Shown here: piece by piece, positions 60,601-64,000 of the stretch
Numbering within the stretch: position 1 is the stretch's first letter
How the letters are laid out: every line of letters begins with the position of its first letter
Assembly: GCA_030141605.1 (NCBI GenBank)
Contig: JAQGDQ010000180.1
Span: forward strand, 1 to 64,000
Reading direction: 5' to 3'
Length of the DNA: 64,000 nt
From: Tubiluchus corallicola
Taxonomy: Eukaryota; Animalia; Priapulida
Program-made: the position numbers and the translations under genes
Notes under the pieces: generated by a model
Told to the model about the DNA's origin: nothing
What the model saw: only the letters and a program-made list of their open reading frames with translations
The model's database searches: none

Positions 60601-60982
60601 ATGATCCACAAATCACACAAAATGAACACAATTAAAAGACACATTACTAGATTTTTTTATACAAACACCGTTTTATTTTATTTAAACATTTGTAACAACT
60701 TACAAAAACATTATTTCCCAACAAATTTAAAATCTCAACAAGTTTTAGACAGTAGAGCATCAAAGTATGTAACAGCAATAGAACAGCACATAGTTACATA
60801 ATACTAACACAATGTTGTGAATGATTATCACAAATTCCAAACAATAAGATTTGCACATTATTTAGCCACTGAAAGATGTGGATTCTGGATAGAAGATATG
60901 TATTATAACCGATGCAAAAATTTCAATATGTGAATTCTTCTGGAGGAACGGTAAGCGGATCTCTGACATGAATTCCCATGTA

Positions 60983-61695
60983 CAGTAAGTCCTCGCTTAA
61001 CGACTCCCCGCTTAGCTATGTTTCGTCTTTTCTTCGCTTAATGTCGGAGTTTTGTTTTAACGATGATTTTTTTGCCTTACTTTAAACACTAAAATCTTAT
61101 TTATTGCATTTGTACTTTATCAAGAAGCCTGTCACTTGACCCAGATCATCATAACACGACTAAACTGACAGCATACCATCAGCTACAGCTACAAGCAGGC
61201 CACGGTGATTCATTGCTTTCCCGTGTCTAGATAAACTTCTTGATAAAACCCAAGAATTTCAGGCTTCCTGCAAGCAGCTGAACATTTTTACATAGCTAAG
61301 CACAATTGATTTTTGCTCCAGAAACTCAACTGAATGCTTTTACATTGTTTCTTATGGAAAACGATGTTTCATTTAGCGACGTTTTGTTTAATGACGCATT
61401 TTGCTGGAACGCAACTGAATGTTTTTACGTTGTTTCTTATGAAAAACAATGTTTCATTTAGCGACGTTTTGTTTAATGACACATTTTGCTGGAACGCAAC
61501 TGAATGCTTTTACATTGTTTCTTATGGAAAACAATGTTTCATTTAGCAACGTTTTGTTTAATGACACATTTTGCTGGAACGCAACTGAATGCTTTTACAT
61601 TGTTTCTTATGGAAAACAATGTTTCATTTAGCGACATTTTGCTTAATGAGGCATTTTGCTGGAACGCATTAGCGTCGCTAAGCGAGAATTTACTG
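60983..61695. mobile_element. Tc1/mariner-pogo-type MITE with internal 85-bp tandem array
   Basis: TA|CAGTAAGTCCTCGCTTAACGAC ... GTCGCTAAGCGAGAATTTACTG|TA; units at 61327, 61412, 61497, 61582. Confidence 0.82.
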
Positions 61696-61842
61696 TACTT
61701 GATCTTCACCAGACAGTCCTACATGAACTTGCATCATAACATTTCATCAGCTGAGATGATATTATGTTAATCTAGACAGTTTATAATCAGTACATCTGCA
61801 TCACCTCGCACAATGACTACGAACTTTCAAAATTCTGATGAG

Positions 61843-62104
61843 GCAGTGAAGTTTTACCTTCACTGTGACTCAGAGAAGTGGGACAATTGTAATAGAATGT
61901 AATTGTAATAGAATTGTAATTGTAATTGTAATATTATAGTGGGGTAATTGTAACGACTTACTCTTATTCTGATTATGCAGTGAACTTTTTACCTACACTG
62001 TGACTCAGAGAAGTGGGACAATTGTAATAGAATGTAATTGTAATTGAATTGTAATTGTAATCGTAATATGATAGTGGGGTAATTGTAACGACTTACTCTT
62101 ATTG
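61843..62104. repeat. ~135-bp tandem duplication with TGTAAT sub-repeats
   Basis: cactgtgactcagagaagtgggacaattgtaatagaatg occurs twice. Confidence 0.85.
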
Positions 62105-62885
62105 CGATTTCTTGAACTGGACATGCTTAACGCAAGATACACAAAAAAATATTAGAAGCTGATTCAACCTGGATTTGAATGATGACGACATTACGTACGA
62201 TTTCAGTCTAATTAGCCAAACGTAAATGTAAAAAACATCATTTTAAGAAGCTGCCATTGAAAAACTTACAAAAGGTTTCAAGTGTGCAGTATTGTGTCAG
62301 CAGGATGTCATACTTTATCCGCAAAAACTTGAAGCAGTTCATGTCTATCCACTGTGACTTACAACCGCCACAATGGAAAACATCTGTCATTCACAATAAC
62401 AGAGTATAGTATCACAAGAAATGCGAAGTAAAAATTTTATGGAGACTCGTTAGTAAACAATTAATCCTCAAGACAGAAATCATTAAATAATATGGTAAAT
62501 ATTTACATTGACGCAATCGTCCAACTTAAAATAATAGGCCACAAAAAAAAATCACAATTAACGTGGGTAGTTAGCACTTATCTCCACCACACAAGATTAT
62601 CTAAACCCTCATGCCTCCACCATGAACTAACACACACACAAAATTATGCATTTGATCGTTGGCATCTCTTAGACAATAAGGCTTTTCACAGCTTCGTTGT
62701 GCGCACGCACACTTGCTGTAGGTCAAAGGTTAGTGTACCATAGCAACCATCTTAACTACAACCATCATGAGATGTGTGTGTGTAAAGCAAAGCCGTCTGG
62801 CATGTCAGTTCAGTAACATCAGTTATTTTACGTGGACCTTATTTAATTATGCATTAGTCAGTATGTAGAGTGATTTACTAGCACG

Positions 62886-63066
62886 ACCCTGCTTGGGAAC
62901 AAGAAAAAATGAACTAGGTAAGATTCTAGCTAGCTGTTAAAACTGTTACTATTACAATAGCATGGGCTGTGAGGCGTTGTCAGGTGTACACAAGTGCATT
63001 GCCTGGTACACTTGACATTTGACCTTTTACGATCATCATCAATCGCTGAAACTGTGAAAAGGTTTA
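62886..63066 (-). repeat. Unclassified dispersed repeat (partner at 35680-35870)
   Basis: Reverse-complement similarity to 35680-35870. Confidence 0.75.
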
Positions 63067-63332
63067 TTAATTCAAGCAGAAGATCTGTAGCCATTACTCA
63101 GCGCTAGTTGCAAAATCCCGAGCGAGGTCAGTTTAGTTTAGGAATGCGACTGAGTTTTGTTTCTTTGTTTATAATTCATCCTTTTCTTTACTTGAAGCCA
63201 TTTTTAGCAGGTGATTCCTCATTGCTTCAACTGTCAGTTTGCCAAAGTAGGTTTCAACCTTTTTGCCATCCCGGAATATCATTGCAGTAGGGTGAAAGCT
63301 AATCTAAAAAGAGACACCAATCAAATATCCAA

Positions 63333-63428
63333 TTAATAATAGTAGTAGTAGCAGCAGCAGCAGCAGTGACAGCGACAACAACAACAACAATGACAACAAC
63401 AACAACAACAACAACAACAGTAACAGTA

Positions 63429-63460
<32 letters not shown>

Positions 63461-63488
63461 AACAACAACAACAACAACAACAATAATA
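63333..63488. repeat. Compound trinucleotide microsatellite (TAG/CAG/CAA/CGA)
   Basis: Visible; probably the tail of the adjacent SINE. Confidence 0.95.
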
Positions 63489-63737
63489 TCCCTTATTTAA
63501 AGTTCGCTTCAAATTCAACAGACAACACAAGCCATGAGGTTTTTATCGCCGACTGCAAATAACAAACTACACCTACATAACAGGAATTATTATTACCGCA
63601 CTTCTATCTTGCATACCATGCACCAGGCTGGGCAACAGTAAGTACAATTTTTAAAGTTCTTTGATTTTACCCGACTGCAGTATCGAACTCGCAACCTCCC
63701 GGACAGAAAGCAGACACGTCACTACTAGACTACAGTG
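63488..63737 (-). mobile_element. tRNA-derived SINE with Meta-domain-like body
   Basis: Minus strand A-box-like TAGTCTAGTAG, B-box GAGTTCGATAC, then gggtaaaatcaaagaactttaaaaattgtacttactgttgcccagcctgg and a (TTG)n tail. Confidence 0.55.
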
Positions 63738-64000
63738 TTCCCTCGCTACTTCTCGGTTCCTTTATCACGGACTCGCTGTTTTGCGAGTTTTCAGAAATAT
63801 TAATGTAAAATATTTATAGCGGTATCGCAGTATCGCGATTATTTTATAAAAAATACCATTTACAGTAAATAGTGTATTTATTCAGCGAATGAATACACAC
63901 CAAAAACGAAATGTAGTACTTGTGCCCATATCAAATTTTTAAAATTACGTATCTAGGTTTAAGAGTTTAAAACATTTTTATGAACATTTAAGTAAAGTTT

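Noticed and set aside
61835-61860. Second hammerhead candidate (CTGATGAGGC)
   Set aside because: No stem II or GAAA partner follows.

Overview
The window has two very different parts. Bases 1 to ~14,490 are intact, very AT-rich bacterial DNA, most like Fusobacteriota by protein signatures and gene order. It carries gmhB-murF-mraY-murD-murG-murC-murB-ftsQ-ftsA-ftsZ, then rpsF-ssb-rpsR, then a methyltransferase, an lspA-like gene and an MFS transporter, with readable sigma70 promoters, an rpsF leader hairpin and a terminator. The MFS gene breaks off before its last helix, and the sequence switches abruptly to animal-like (invertebrate-style) non-coding DNA for the remaining ~49.5 kb. That part holds micro- and minisatellites, two families of TTAA-flanked Kolobok-type MITEs, hAT- and pogo-type MITEs, a bipartite RTE-derived retroelement (3 copies), a tRNA-derived SINE, LINE remnants and a solo LTR nested in a MITE. 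It also holds a near-complete BEL/Pao LTR retrotransposon whose Gag starts with a SAP domain, and at least one plausible host exon. The sequence alone cannot tell whether the bacteria-animal junction is a real lateral insertion or a chimeric assembly of a co-sequenced symbiont; the unmutated bacterial genes favour an artefact or a very recent event. There is no CRISPR array. All family assignments come from motif recall, not database searches.
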